Below are positions 43,301 through 58,434 of a stretch of 64,000 nucleotides of DNA, piece after piece. Source of the DNA: the human T2T-CHM13v2.0 reference genome, Homo sapiens. The translations under genes were made by a program, and so were the position numbers. The DNA is taken from NCBI RefSeq assembly GCF_009914755.1, contig NC_060928.1; one strand, written 5' to 3'. Numbering within the stretch: position 1 is the first letter of the stretch; each line of letters starts with the position of its first letter. The notes under the pieces were generated by a model. That model ran no database searches. It was not told the DNA's origin and was given only the letters and a program-made list of their open reading frames with translations.

Positions 43301-43769
43301 AACCTCTCGGGGACATGAGTGACATGAGTTCCAAATCAGATTTCCAGTTCACTGTATTTTCTACTGTGTTCTGAACTTAAAGAAAGGATCGATCATTATG
43401 TCTCATTTCTATGAACAGCTAATGAGCTACCATATTTCAAAAAATTTTCAAAAATCTCTCCCTTATTTTCGTTCTCCAAAATTCTGTAAAAACATGCCAT
43501 TAGTGTCTCTCATTAACTTCCTTTATCTGATTCTTAAATGAGAGCTTTCGTTCATTTGCCACAGCGATAATGACATATTTAAATTCTCCTTCTTTTTCCA
43601 AATTGTCAAAAATAATCAGTTTCTATAAAATTATTAATTATGTCTATATTTCCAAGTTCAGTACAATAAAATGTTACTAATTTGGAATAAAGGAGGCATC
43701 CATTATTCCATTGGCGGCACACAGAAGCAAATGATCCTGGCTAGCATACAGACAAGAAGAATTTATTAG

Positions 43770-44010
43770 AATAACAATAACCAGCACCTATAGCACTTAC
43801 TTTGATTAGCCACCTTTCTAAGCACTGGACTCATTAATGTCTAGATTAATGCCTATATAGTAGGTACTGCTATTAGCCCCACTTTACAGATGAGGAAGCC
43901 AAGGCACATAGAAGTTAAGTAACTTGCTCCAGGTTGTGCAGTTAGGGTATGTCTAAATATGGATTTGAACCCAAGCTGTGCAGCTCCAGAGTCTTAGGCA
44001 CTACAGCCTG
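43770..44010 (-). mobile_element. MIR
   Basis: CACTTTACAGATGAGGAAGCCAAGGCACATAGAAGTTAAGTAACTTGC...GGATTTGAACCCAAG. Confidence 0.88.
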
Positions 44011-44559
44011 TCCAAGGATCTGGGGTAGTCACAGAATTGAGGGGAAACCTATGGAAGCAGGTTCAAAGAGGGTACAAACCAAGTCATGGTAGAGGCCTGT
44101 CACTGGAAGAAACTCTGATCACCCTCATCTCCCAAACCCTTGGTTCCATTTAAAGCCTCCAGATACAAAGTCCTGGGAGAGAGGCCCAGTTGGGCCTTGA
44201 CGAGGAGAAGGCAGGGCAGCTTGACTGGCAGTTTCACCAAGGCTGAGCACAGAGGGAAGAACCGATTCCCCTGGACAAGACAGGAGTGTTGTAAAAAGAA
44301 AACAGTGAATTTGGGGAGGTTGGACAGCAAAACACTGCCCATTACATGAAGCATGAAGAAAAGGAGTTTTTTATTTCATATTAACAAATAGCTCATAATA
44401 GCAGTTGTGTGAGAAATTGCTCAACTGCCTTTAAAACATGTCCTCAGTAGACTCCTTTATTTGGAAGAGATGTCCCAACTTTTTCCTGTCTCACCACCCG
44501 CGCCCTGCCACCATGGCCATACCCTAACTGCTCTATAGAGCCCATGTGTTCCCACTTCA

Positions 44560-45757
44560 TTTGGATGACAGCGTGCTCAAGCCTCTATCATCAGGGAAAA
44601 GTCTTTCCTGGCCCATGTAGCTACTGACTTACATATAGCTCTGCTTTCCTTACAACTCAACTTCTTAAAAAGACAGTCTACAATCCCCACACTCCCCACT
44701 TCTTGCACAGTCACTCCCAAATCTACTATCATGTTGTTTCTTTGTCATTTCTGCTATTCCGCTGAAACTGCCCTTGCTCAAGCCACAAATCACTGGACTT
44801 GGCCAAAACAAATGAACACGTTTCTCTCCTTATCTTTGTTGCCTTCTCTGCAGCACTCCATATTCTGACACTGTCCTCTGGAAGCTCTTATCTGCGCTAG
44901 GCTCTTACTTGGTTTTCCTCTTTTCTCTACAGAAGTTTCCTCCTTAATGCCATTCTTCAGTTCTTTTTTCTCAGTTCATTTCCTAAATGTTGGCATTTTC
45001 CAGACCTCCTGTTCTTCTCACTCTATACACTCAACCTGGAGGACCTAATTACTTATATGTTCATAAATCTGAAAATTCATCTCCAGCCAGAGCTCCCTTA
45101 TTCATCTCCAAAATAGCAACTCTCCATTTAGAAGTCCTATTGATATCGTAAATTAAATATGTCCAAAACTCATCCGTTTTCACTTCTAAGCTTGTTCTTC
45201 CTTCTTAATTATCTCAGTGAATGCCATCTTCATCTTCTCATCCATGCCAGAAACTTCAAAGTCATTCTCGCCTCTCTCTCCTCATTGCTGACATCCAACT
45301 AAACATCCAACTAAACTTGGTGTTTATGGATCCTTCCTTTGTAATATCTCCTATGTCTACCCACCTCCTCTCTAGTCTTCCTACTGATATAATGTAGGCT
45401 CTATCATTTCTTACCAGAAATAAGCCTTCTTAACTGATCTCTCTGCCTCCGATCTGTACCTTCTTCAATTCTCTAAATTGCTGCCGGAGAAATTTTTCTA
45501 AAATGCAAATATGATCATGCAAGTCCCAGAATTAAAATCCTTTTATGGTACCCACATATTTCAAGATGAAGTTCAAATTCTTGAGTTTGGCATACAAGTA
45601 AGATGAGGCTTCTGTTGCCTCTTAAGCTTCATGTCTCTTGTTAGGTCCTCCAGAGCCTTTCAATACAACCATAAGGAAGGATCAATGGTTGCTCAAATAT
45701 GTCATGGCCTCTCTGCCTTCTTCCAAGCTGCTTCCTGTTTCCTGAATGCTCTCTACT
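44560..45757 (+). mobile_element. L2 3' region (continues after the LTR nest to ~47250)
   Basis: Pyrimidine-rich L2 landmarks: CTGAAACTGCCCTTGCTCAAG, AATATGTCCAAAACT, CTAAAATGCAAATATGATCATG. Confidence 0.75.
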
Positions 45758-46056
45758 GTGTTGGACACTGTCCCCTAAAATTCAGGTCCACCTAGAACCG
45801 GTGAATGTAATTTTATTTGAAAATAGGTTTTTGCAGATATAATCAAGTTAGGACAAAGTCATACAGGGTTAGGGTGGGCCCTAAATCCAATATGATGGGT
45901 GTCCTTATAAGAAAGAAATTAGGACATAGACACAGACACACAAGCAAGAAGGGAAGAAAGTCCTGTGGAAACTGAAACAGAGATAGGAGTGATGCATCTA
46001 TTAACCAAAAAATGCCAAGGATTGCTGGCAACCACCAGAAGTTAGAAAAGGGGCAT

Positions 46057-46793
<737 letters not shown>

Positions 46794-47675
46794 GACATGG
46801 AACAACTTATCCCTTAGAGCCACTGGAAGGAACTAACCCTGCTGACACCTTGTTCTCAGATGATTAGCCCACAGAACAAGGACAGAACACATTTCTGTTG
46901 TTTTAAGCCACCCAGTTTGTGGTATTTTGTTATGGCCACTCTAGGAAACTAAAATACCCTCTCTACTCTTTCTTGCATTGCTAATAATCTCAACACAACT
47001 CAGCATTTTCTTCTATGGGAAGCCTTCCTTGCACTTTCCCATCCCTAAACCATTCCCCCTTAATTACAAGTCTTTCCTCTGTTGTCTCATTGCATTCTAA
47101 AGTCTTTATTATAATGCATTGCTATGCAGTCATCTTTTTTTTTTTTTTTTGGTCTCTTTAGTAAGAGTACTGTAGAGAGTGAGTGGGTGCCTGGTAGTCT
47201 CAGTATCCTGCATGGTGCTGGCAAGAAGAAAAAGAAGTACAGTTATTGTTTGGTGAATGCTAACATGCCTCTAAAGAAATGTGATTTTTATTTCGTGTAT
47301 AATGCATTGCCAACAAAATTACTGTAACATAAAAGAATAGCCATTTCTATTACTGAAGTTAACTATATTCACTAGCAATGATGAGAATTATGTCCATCCT
47401 ATCTCAAATCATGAATTATTTGCTTTGAATTTATTTTACTGTTTTGAATAGTAGTTTATAACAAAAATCAATGTCATATGAGTATCTAAATAATAGAAAT
47501 ATCCTTTGTAAACAATAAGATACTGGGAGTCAGGAATGTTTCCAACATGCCTTGTTACCTTGACCCTCAAGGGGTTGTAATCTCTCACCTGCTTCAGTGG
47601 TGTGCATCTATTATTGGGATAAACTCACAGATTTATAAGCCTCATTAGGAAAGGAAGGATCCAAAGTGTGTAGAA

Positions 47676-47878
47676 CAAGCTTGTCCTTATGCAGTCCAGG
47701 ACAGCTTTGAACATAGCCCAACACAAATCTGTAAACTTTCTTAAAACATATGTGATTTTTTTGCAATTTTTTTTTTTTTTTTTTTTTAGCTGATCAGCTA
47801 TTGTTAGTGTGTTTTATGTGTTGCCCAAGACAATTATTCCAGCGTGACCCAGGGAAGCCAAAAGACTGGACAACCCTG
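47676..47878. mobile_element. MER30 (hAT-Charlie MITE)
   Basis: CAAGCTTGTCC...GCCCAACACAAAT...GGAAGCCAAAAGACTGGACAACCCTG; perfect 8-bp TSD gtgtagaa. Confidence 0.9.
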
Positions 47879-49846
47879 GTGTAGAATATTAATCTGACAA
47901 ATCACTTGTCAGAAGTATGGGATTTTTACCCACTAAAAACTACCTCTTCGTGGCCCGAGGTGGCTCAGAGAGCTATCCCCACTTTGCTGTCATGGGAACT
48001 ATGAATCACAGTCTCAGAGTCTACATCGAAGACCTCACAAATCTGTGGAAATCTGCCTAATAAAGATATAATAACTTGGACTTTTAAGAATTCACTAATT
48101 TGATGACTTGCCACACATGCGATTATGTTACCCTCAGATGGTAATGGAGGAATGTTTTTCTGAAAGTGATAAGAACACTATGCACATACGTTCAGGCCTA
48201 AAAAGACCGATTGTTATTAATATTAACAAAGATAGCCAAGGCCTTTAGTGTTTTGTTTGTAAAATCCCTTGCTTCATTGAGGGCTATGAGAGGAAGTAAA
48301 GACAGGCCTTCAGAGTAATTATTTTTCTTATTCACTCAATTCATGCAGCTGAACAATAGGCCTATGTAGCACAAACATTAAACATTACTTTTTAGGCTAT
48401 CCCAAATTGTTTAACATACACAATGTGCCAGGCCTGTGGTGGGTTCTAGAGAGCCACAAAGGCTCAATTCCTGCCTTCAGAAGCTCACATCCACTGGGCA
48501 GAAAGGTGATTTCATTGCTACAGATTTCAATGGTAACACAAGAAAAGAATGACTCATTCCAACTTTTGCAATCAGGGAAAGCTTCCGGGGAACCAGTGGA
48601 GATCTGCTGCAAAACAGGGAAGGAAAAAAATACCAGGAACATAGTAAGTAATCACACAGATCATGGTACACACAAGGTGGGTGGAATCTGCCAGTCCTCA
48701 CCTTCAGGAAGTTCATATCTAGTGGGGGAGGCAGAAACATAAAGGGAGACTGGACTACGGTATAATGGTGAGCCCTTTGGTAGAGCTCGGCATAGGGTGT
48801 TATGAGTGCACAATGCTGGCATATCTAAGAGAAGGCCCACCCAAGGCCTCTGAGTGTAAGCAACAGCAATGCTGCCTTGAAAACTAAGCAGGACTTCACC
48901 AGTGGGGAGGAAAGGGCATTTCAGGTGCATATGGACAAGCATGAATAGATATACAGGCAGCCTACTGGGGAAGTGGTTGAGGGTGGGGTGGGGCTGGAAC
49001 AATATTTAGTTGGCATGGCTGCAGCTCCGGATGCAAGATATAGGGCTAAAGGGTGTGACAAAGTAAAACTGCGGGGGGCTTTGTAAGTGAAACTGTGAGA
49101 AGTAGGGCACTGGCAGCAGGAACTGAGGGAAGGATGGACCTAGAAATACTGAAGAGGTCAAATCAGCTGTGCCCTCTGATTGAATGTGAAGGATGAAAGA
49201 ATGGAAGGATCCAAGGTTTTAAGACAAGGCAGAAAAGCAACTGTGTTGAGGTAAACGCTATGACAGATGGTATCACAGGGTACCCACCACAAGCTGGTGA
49301 GGTAAGGGCCTCAGCAGGATTCTGGAAAGGTGTGCTGGGCAGAATGCCCTGAAGGATGGGGAGTCAGCCAGGTGAAGGAATGGGTGGGTGGAAGAGGCCA
49401 CTAAAGCAAATGAACGGCATGAACAGAGACAGGAGGCTGAAGACCACATGCTGGAGGACTGCCAGCCATTCAGAATTACTGTCCCTTACCTTCTGGAAAC
49501 ATTTCACTGTGTGAGAGGCACAGTGGTTAACAATGCCTCTAGGATCAGATTATTCAGGTTCACATCTGGTTGGCCACTTACAAGCTGTGTGGCCTCAGGC
49601 AAATTAGTTGACTCCCCAGTGCCTAAGGTTTGCAACACTTGCCACCCAGGAATGAAAATAACACCTTCCTCTAGGATTGTTGTGCATTCTTAGAAGAGAG
49701 TTTTGCACACAGGTTAGCTAGTAGTAACAGCAATAATATTAGTGATTATGGTAGTAGAATTACTTGGGCTTTCTTACTAACAGGAACTCACCACCAGGTC
49801 TACCTTCCAAGTCCACTGCTCCTTCCCTAGCTCCCTTTTCTCACCC

Positions 49847-50692
49847 TGAAATCGCCTTTGCAAAAATTATATCAGTGAGAATATTATGGCAGTGGGGGAG
49901 ATCTGATCTAGCCAACCCAACTCCCCATTCCTTGCCTTTAGCTTTCAAGCTGCCTTAATTATTCTTGGACTTAGGCCTAGGCCTAGCTAACTTTGGAAGA
50001 CATTTAGATTATAGTTTAAATGAGAATGAGACCATCAGGCTAGGGGAAGGAGAGGAGCCTGAATTCTGCTAATAGGCTGGTCACAAGATATGCAACTTCC
50101 CCAATTACTACTGCAATAACATCACCAATGTAGACTGGCCTTTTGAGATATCTTTTCAGGCCTTTTGCATGTCTGACACTGCTGGCTCCACTTGGTCCTG
50201 CCAAACTGCTCCTGTGGCCCCACAGAGGAGTGACTCAGCTCAAGGGGACAGACAGCTTTGACTCCCTATGATTTCATCTCCACCCCAACCAATCAGCAGC
50301 AAGCACCTAGCCACTCTCACCCCTTCCCCCAAACTGCCTTTGAAAAATCCCTACCCTACACAGGGCGGGGTCGGTTGGGGGGTCAGGGGGCGGGGGAGGG
50401 ACAACATTAGGAGAAATACCTAATGTAAATGATGGGTGCAGCAAACCAACATGACACATGTATACCTAGGTAACAAACCTGCATGTTGTGCACATGTACC
50501 CTAGAACTTAAAGTATAATAATTAAAAAAAAAGAAAAATCCCTAAACATATGAGCCTTTATGAGATTGATTTGAGTAATAACTTTGTCTACCATGTGGCA
50601 TGGCCAGCCTCGCATCAATTAAACTTTTTCTTTACTGCAATGCCATGGTCTTTATTTGTGCAGTGGGCAGGAAGAACCCCCAGGTGGTTACA
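49847..50692 (+). mobile_element. LTR8(A/B)-type ERV1 solo LTR split by L1
   Basis: TGAAATCGCCTTTGCAAAAATTAT start, ...GGTGGTTACA end, 4-bp TSD accc, CCAAT box, ATTAAA. Confidence 0.85.
50354..50532 (+). mobile_element. L1PA extreme 3' end (~180 bp)
   Basis: G-rich tract, AACCTGCATGTTGTGCACATGTACCCTAGAACTTAAAGTATAATAA, A-tail; 12-bp TSD gaaaaatcccta. Confidence 0.95.
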
Positions 50693-51253
50693 ACCCCATC
50701 TACTCCACAATCATAGAATAACCAAAAGATCATGCTTTATAACATGACATTTTAATTCTGAAAATGTGTTGGACACCTCAGGCTGCATCACAAATATCTC
50801 AACTTCCTGTTCTGTCACCCAATTCACTTCTTTTTACTTTTCCCAAATTTTACTATCTCCTTTCTCCATAATTACTCCTCAAATATTCTTCTGTAAACAA
50901 ACTGAAACTGACAGAGATGGGGAAAAGGCATGCAAAGTAAATCAGTGTATCCAAGAAGAACTGGCTTATGAACTGGTGTTTGGGAGGGAATTACTATGGA
51001 TAAGTAGCTTGTTAGAATGCTCATTCTTTTGCCTAAATCTCTAACTCTGCTACTCCAACTGCTTAATTTATCCTCAGGGGAAAGAGAAGCCGTATACTAG
51101 TTCTTCATTTGGATTAATCATTTTCTAGCTTGACTTCCTCAGTTGCAAAGACTGTCAGCTCTCTCACTTTTTCTTTTGCAGAACATATCCTTTTCTTTAA
51201 CTTTTAGACATTTTCCTTCTTGCAGAGGTTGCTCAATTACATGTGTACGTGTA

Positions 51254-51284
<31 letters not shown>

Positions 51285-52011
51285 GTAAACTAAGATGACA
51301 TTAATTTGTTAATAAAAATTAAGAAAAATAATGCTTGAGGAGTTGTGATATTCTCTGACTGTTTTAACAATGGTAGTGAAAGGAGGCAAAAGTTAGGAGG
51401 AGCACCAACTTGCAAAACATGAGAAAGTTTCAACTAAACTATGGTTTTTGCTGATGGTCTTATTAAAGTTGTACAGATGGTATCAGGTGGATGGTGTTCA
51501 TTACAACTATGGTATAATGATGGTCTGCAAAATCTTTTGCTTGTTCTTTGTCTGGGACCTGCTTGGGAAAAGCTTTGGTATTTCCCTTTCAGCCAAGTTT
51601 GTCTTTCGCTGGTGCTTTCCCACACTGTGTCTTTATCACAGCTGGTATTTCTTTTTGTCAGAGAATCTACCTCATCATATTCAGAAAGCTTACTTTTAAA
51701 AGTTTTATAGTTCTCTTGCCTTTTTTCTTTGTGTTTTTTAGAATGTGACTCCCAATTCAATTTTTTTTGTTTCTTACGTACATATCCTTTTATACATTAA
51801 TTTTGTCTTTTTCCTTTGAGAAAACAAGACTCTCAAAAAAGAAAAGTCACCAATTACTGATAGGGAAAATATTTTCTTTCTCCCATTACATTGAAGACAC
51901 CAAGACACTTAAAACAACACACAAAAAGAAATAACTATTAATCTTACAAGGATTTAGAAGGTAGTACTCCCAAAATACTTAGAAAGCAAATTATTTTTGA
52001 ATTCTACTACT

Positions 52012-52185
52012 CCAGCTGGACCCAGTGGTATGTGCCTGTATTCCCAGGTACTTGGGAGGATGTGGCAGGAGGATCACTTGAGCCCAGGAGTTTGAGGCTA
52101 TAGTGAGCTATGATCATGCCTGTGAATAGCCACTGCACTTCACTCTGGGTAACATAAGAAGACCCTGTCTCTAAAAACAAAACAA
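52012..52185 (+). mobile_element. FRAM/FAM-like Alu monomer
   Basis: GGAGGATCACTTGAGCCCAGGAGTTTGAGGCTATAGTGAGCTATGATC; flanking ctactac/caactac. Confidence 0.85.
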
Positions 52186-55167
52186 CTACTCTGGCCTCAG
52201 AATCTTGAGGAATTCAGTAGTGAACTCAATGGAAAACAAATGAATTCAAGAACTATTTATTGAGGCTTCTTATGTATAAGGCATTGTGCTAAATTCTGTG
52301 GGGGCTATACAAACATATATACAAGACATACAAAACTGGCCTCCAAAACTAAATATTTCAGGGAAGATACACCATGAAAAATAACTCTTGTACTAGACAT
52401 GTAGAGAAAAATGCCATGAGAGAGCAAGAAAGCAAATGATTAATTAACATTAGGATGAATTTAAAAGGTGTTTTGGAGGTATTTGGCAGAGATTTTAAAA
52501 AATGCATATAATTTTATTTCCTTAAGCTACTGAAATTTTGGGGTTGTATATGTTACAACCTGTGGTTAATACAATGAAACTGACCAAATTGAACTGTGTC
52601 CTATTTCCTAGCACAGGATAAATATTCGAGTTGGGTTTTAAAAGCTGAGCCTTTGGGCAGAGGGAAGAGGCTAAGGAAAGATTTAAAGGCAGGGAGGTAC
52701 AGACTTACTGTGGTCCCTGTGGTACACTGTTACCTGGAACTTGAAAGTATATGCAGGAAGAGCTGGGATGGGGAGAAAATGGGCTGGGGCTTGGGATACT
52801 CATTGGGAAATTCAGTTCTAGACACAAGCCTATTATGAATAGACTTCAATGCCAGGTTAAGAAAATGGATTTAATTCCAGAAACTATTTCAAAGTTCTAA
52901 CCCTGAAATGAGTAAAACATGAATGACTCCACTAAATAAAATGTGGAATGAAAGAGAAGAGAGAAATGTTGGGAGTGTTTAGAAGTGTTATTGAATATTA
53001 GGAAAATCATAATAAATCCTAAAGTTAAGAAAGACTGATAGGCTGATGCCATGATAATCTTGATTTTTACTGACCCCTGCAAATATGGAAGAAAATTTGC
53101 ACTAGTTTCAGTGTCAGGCCAGCAAACTTGTATCACATAATGACCAAAAAAATTCTTTTCATCAATTTTCTTGGGAGTGCTCATGATTTTTGACTGATCA
53201 TTTGAACACATGGAATAATGTACTGTCTAATTTCGGTGCCTCGAGGGCCCGTGCAGATCACAGAATCTTGCTCCTGGCATTGGATAGTTTTTCCCAGAGC
53301 AGTGGCAGATGTCCCTGAGCCGTGTCTGTTTTCTCTCTGTGACTTCTTAACTGCATGCATTTTTAAGGTGGCCGATTTGAGAAAAGACATGTGATCCCAA
53401 AGAAAGGTTTTTTGTTTTTTTCTTTGCAGAGCCAACTAGCTCTTGCTTGGCTTTCTAGATCAAGAATAAAATATAATCAGTATGACACAAATAGATTTGA
53501 TGGTTGTTCTATGCTGTCTTGGTCACTCATTTATAAGAAATTGTTGAAAGGGTATATATTAAACCAATATTCTCTTCAACTTTTTCCTTTTCACAAATGA
53601 TTTTCTGGGTCAACTAAGTTTGCATAAATGCAAACTTCTGGAGTGAAATTCAGGTTTAATATATTCTACATGAGGGCAGCAGGCAGCTGATGAGCAAGTT
53701 GTTCTTATTCTGTGTACCTTGATAGGATTCAACTTTGGCCCAGATGAGGGGAATTTGTTTTTCCATGCAGGGCACTCTCATGAGAGTTTCAGAAAAACAA
53801 TATGCTCTTGTCAGAACAGTATGCAGTTCTTCTAAAACTGGGGCTGAACTACATTTTACCCTTTAAAGGTCAGGAGATATTATTATGCAGCAAATTTAGC
53901 CTATGATTTATCTTAAAAAGGAACCATCACATATAACCCTCACAAGATCTGGGTAACGTTAAAAATGAGAATAAATTTCAATAACAGTACGAATAATAGC
54001 TCCTCCTGTGTATAAGAGATGGCACTCAGCACTGTCGCTTATTTACTCTCCACAACAAGCCCACAGGCAGGCATTAGTTTTTCAGTTTTAAGATCAAGAA
54101 ACAGAATTTTATTCTTCATCTACCTTGCACTCACGGCATCGTTTTCACCACTGGTTACCTCTCTGACATTTTCCTATGTCGACTTTTCTTTCCACTTTCA
54201 GATCATCCCTTTGTAGCCTTAGATCAAACTAATTCGTTCTTTGACCCGAAATGTTGGTTTTACTGAAAATTCTCTCCTTCAGGCCTCTTCTTTCCTGTCC
54301 TTGATAATCTCGTATGATCTTAGGGTATCTAATGGTACTGACCTTAATTGCTTTCAAGCCAGGCATCTCCCTTTCCTCATGTGCCTGGTCGTCTTCTATT
54401 ACATAATAAGTGCGGGCCAGATATCTGACCTGCATATTCTGCCAGGGTCCCAAATAATATCCACCACTAGATTCAACATAATTCTGCCAAAACAAACTTT
54501 CCCTCTTGACATCACTAATTCTGTTAATGGCACCAATGTTCTCCAAGTCAAAACCTGAAGTCATTTTGACAGCTTTTGTCCCTTACCTCCTAGAGTCATA
54601 GAGTCACCAACTCCTGTGGCATCTCTCCAGAAACATTTGCAACTATCTTTCCAAGAGCCGAGACTCAAATGACAATAACTGTTACACTCATATAGCTCTT
54701 TAAAATAAAGCAAGCTCCCACAGATACTATTTCTTATAATTTCCATACTAACCTCACAGATACAAAAACTGAGGTTTCAGAAACGTATGAGTTTTGTTAC
54801 ACAGTGTAGAAGCAAAGTGGGGACTTGATCCCAGGTCTTCTGATTCCTGTTTTCCAGGTGTAATAGTCCAACAACTGCCTGTACCTTCATGCATGAGGCA
54901 CAGCTGCCTCAGACACAGTTTTTCCACTCCTCCAATGCAGCTTATGTAATCACTAATAGTGACTGTCTAATAATCATTGTTAAATGACATCTTTTTTAAA
55001 ACACAGATCTGATCACATCACTCTGAGCTCAAAAGTCTGTCAGTAACTTCTTAGACTGAAAAATGTTCAAATCACTTAACCTGGCACTCTCCAGTTTGTT
55101 TCCAACACCATTTTGAAACATTGCTTCCCATATCCTCCCATACTACAGCCAAGCTGAACTATTCTCA

Positions 55168-55439
55168 GTGTTTTTGTTTTGTTTTGTTTTTGAGACAGGG
55201 ACTCACTCTGTCACCCAGGCTGGAGGGCAGTGGTGCACATTAGACTCCAGCCTGGGCGACAGAGTGAGAGACCTGGACTACAGGTGCGTGTCACCATGCC
55301 CGGCTAATTTCTGTATTTTTTGTAGAGACAGAGTTTTGCCATGTTGCAGGCTGGCCTCAAAGTCCTGAGGCTCAACCCATCCTCTTGCGTAGGCCTCCCA
55401 AAGTGCTGGGATTACAGGAGTGAGCCACTGCACCTGGCC
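55168..55439 (-). mobile_element. AluJ with an internal inverted segment
   Basis: Antisense Alu whose 55245-55268 segment reads in sense orientation. Confidence 0.9.
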
Positions 55440-56369
55440 CTACTCTTAGTGTTTCAAATATGCTTGAAGCATTTGCCTGCATTCCTCTGCTCAGGCCATG
55501 TCCCCTGGACTGTCTTCTCTGCCTTTGAAAATGCTGACTGTTCTTTCTTTTATTCATTAATTAACACCAAAGCATTGATGGAGCAATAGTGTATCAGGGA
55601 CTGGGCTAGGTATGGAAAAAAGTGGGTGAATAAGGCAGGAAGGATCCATTTCTCAAAGGGCTTAGGATTCGCTGGAAGCATTAAGTTTCAGGACAAATGC
55701 CATACTCTCCACAAAATAACCCGTTCCTGATACCCTCAGCAGGAAGTGAGGACTTTCTCTTCTCAACAGCCATAGTACAGTGAGGAAACGTCGATTATAG
55801 GATTTACCATAATCTGATTTAATTACAGTTATTGAGGCATATGTCTTATCTCTCATGCTATAAGCTCCATTTTTGATAGGGACTCTAAGAAGCTCCCTAT
55901 TTAGTCCTCACAGCATGTAGTGCAGGATTTCTCATTTAATAAGACCTCAATAAACAATATTGGAATAAATAATTTCTCTCAGCTTCTGTGAGTATGAGGT
56001 TGGGGAGAGACTGCCGCATGCCCCATTCACACACAAACAGCAGAGGACACAGTGAGCACTCACTACTCCCACACACGCTCACCAGATGGTGAACATAACA
56101 TTATTTTAGGCAACAGAACTGTCAGCTGACATCCAGGGTCCCATGATACTTGCCTCCATCCATTTAAAGAGACGTTTGAGACAGAAACCAACCCAAGATT
56201 TCTGGATATCAGAGTGCAAATCTGTTCAGAGAGCACATTTTTCTGTGTCAATAAACAGAGAGCAGGATTAACATCTCCTCCATAGCCTGCTTTTCTGACC
56301 TCAGAACTAGGAGGACGCTATATTCCTGACCATGATTTGGGACTGAATTTTTTCTTTAAGAATTAACAC

Positions 56370-57070
56370 AAGTCACATACAGTTATATTTACTTTTTTTT
56401 GGTGTACAGGTCTGAGTTTCGATAAATGCTTCTGTGTAACCACCACCACAATCAAGACAGAATAATTTCCACTGCTCCCCACCAAGAAATTTCCCTTCAT
56501 GACACTTTGTAGTCAAACTCTCCTCACCTTTAATGCAGACCTCTTTCTCCACCTGCATAGTTTTGTGTTCTCCAGAATGTCACATAAATATAAAAGCACC
56601 TAGCTGTTTCAGTCTGGCCTCTTTAATTAGCATAATGTACTTGACGTTCATCCCTGTTGTTGTGCATATCAATACTTTGTTCCTTTTTATTTCTGGACAT
56701 TGTTTCACTGCATGAATGTGCCACTGTTTGTTTATTCCTTTACTAGTTGAGGGACATTTGAGTTATTTCCCATTTTTGGAGATTATGAATAAAGCCACTA
56801 TAAATAAGTTTTTATGTTATCATAGGTTTTCTCATCACTTAGCTAAATAGGAGTGGTCATATGGTAAGTGAACATTTAACTTTATAAGAAACTGCCAAAA
56901 TATTTTCCATGGTGTCTCTACTATATTTTGTATTCTCACTAGTAACATAGTAGCGTTCCAGTTGCTTCATATCCTTACCAACACTTGGTACTGTCAGGGC
57001 TTTTTTTTTTTTTTTTTCTCTACTGTTCTTAGTATATAGTGTGGGATGGAATTTTAACATTTCATCTTTT
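56370..57070 (-). mobile_element. L1MB/MC 3' relic
   Basis: TGTAACCACCACCACAATCAAGA...TTTATAAGAAACTGCCAAA...ATCCTTACCAACACTTGGTACTGTCAG. Confidence 0.85.
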
Positions 57071-58434
57071 TAGAACCAAAATATTTCTATTTTGATACTC
57101 AGCCCACATTCAGTTTTTCCTCCTTTCCCTTCATTTGGTTCTTTGTATTAGCTCTCCCACTAGACTAAAGGTTTCTTTGTGGGTAAGGAAAAACTCTTAG
57201 TCATCTTTGTGTACATGAAGCTCTGCCACCCCATCCCAAGTGCAGGGATTTGCAAATAACACATGCTACTTAAATAAATGCTTCTATGTGATCAGATTAG
57301 ATTATTAGATTAACACATACAGTGACATAATTAATACATCCAAAGGCTAATCTAGTATTGGCTAATTTTGTCAATTGTGGAACACCAAAAGAATTTTAAT
57401 AAAACTATATACTTTCTTCCCTTTTCATGAATTTTTCCATTTTCATGTATATGTCTGAAAAAACAGATTTCTGTTTTCTTGCTTTACCAAGGGCTAAATT
57501 GGAAAATATATTTGGGATTGTGAAATATTTGTGTAATAAATTTCTTGTGCTTATACAAAAGACAAGATTGTTATTACTGGTACTTAAGTAAGAAATTAAG
57601 AATTATTAATTAATTAACTTCACAAATTAGATCACATATATTTCAATGTGTTTTTTAGGTCAGAGAGAAGAAATTGGAATTACAGAGGGGACCTGATCTG
57701 TACATACTATTTGTCAAGTGAGTTGGGGCAAAAAAGAGGTTGAGGGTCACTGATAAAGACTCAAAGAATCTTGAAAATGGAAACGTTCTCAGAAGACACA
57801 GAGGCCAACCTCCATTTAAATGCTATAGCCATTTATTGATGGTTATAGCATCTGGCTTCCACCATTGGTAAACTCACCACTTCATACAGCACCAATTACA
57901 CATGCTTACAAGCAAGAGACTCAAAACAAAACAATAAATAAAAGAAACATGGGGGAGGCAACTTCTTAACTGAACTTTCATTTTTCTGTAACATTATATT
58001 ATATAAACCTTCTGTAGCACCTACAGAAATCTAAAAATAGAGATTAGAATCTATTGTGGCAGAAAATAAGTTTGTCACTACATCAACCAGCCACATGGGA
58101 GTTAATCTCATTAACTTTTATATTGCAGGATGATGCATACCTTGGAGAGATGAGTTCAGTGGTAAATGACATGAATCTTGGAATTTCTTTACATTAATAT
58201 CTACTTCTTCTGAAACTTCAGTTTTTGAATGGAATTAAACCAACAAGTTCTAGTTGTGTATAGAAGAAAATTTGCATAAGTCTATAGAAGTCTATATAAG
58301 AAAACTTCTTAAACATAGTTCATGAGCAGCATGGATTAGTTATCCTTCAGCTGGAAGGTTTCTTGGAGAACTTAAAAGCAAGGGACTTCCTGCAGAAATG
58401 ACTGCAAACATTTCTCCTTTTATGGGCTAGCATC

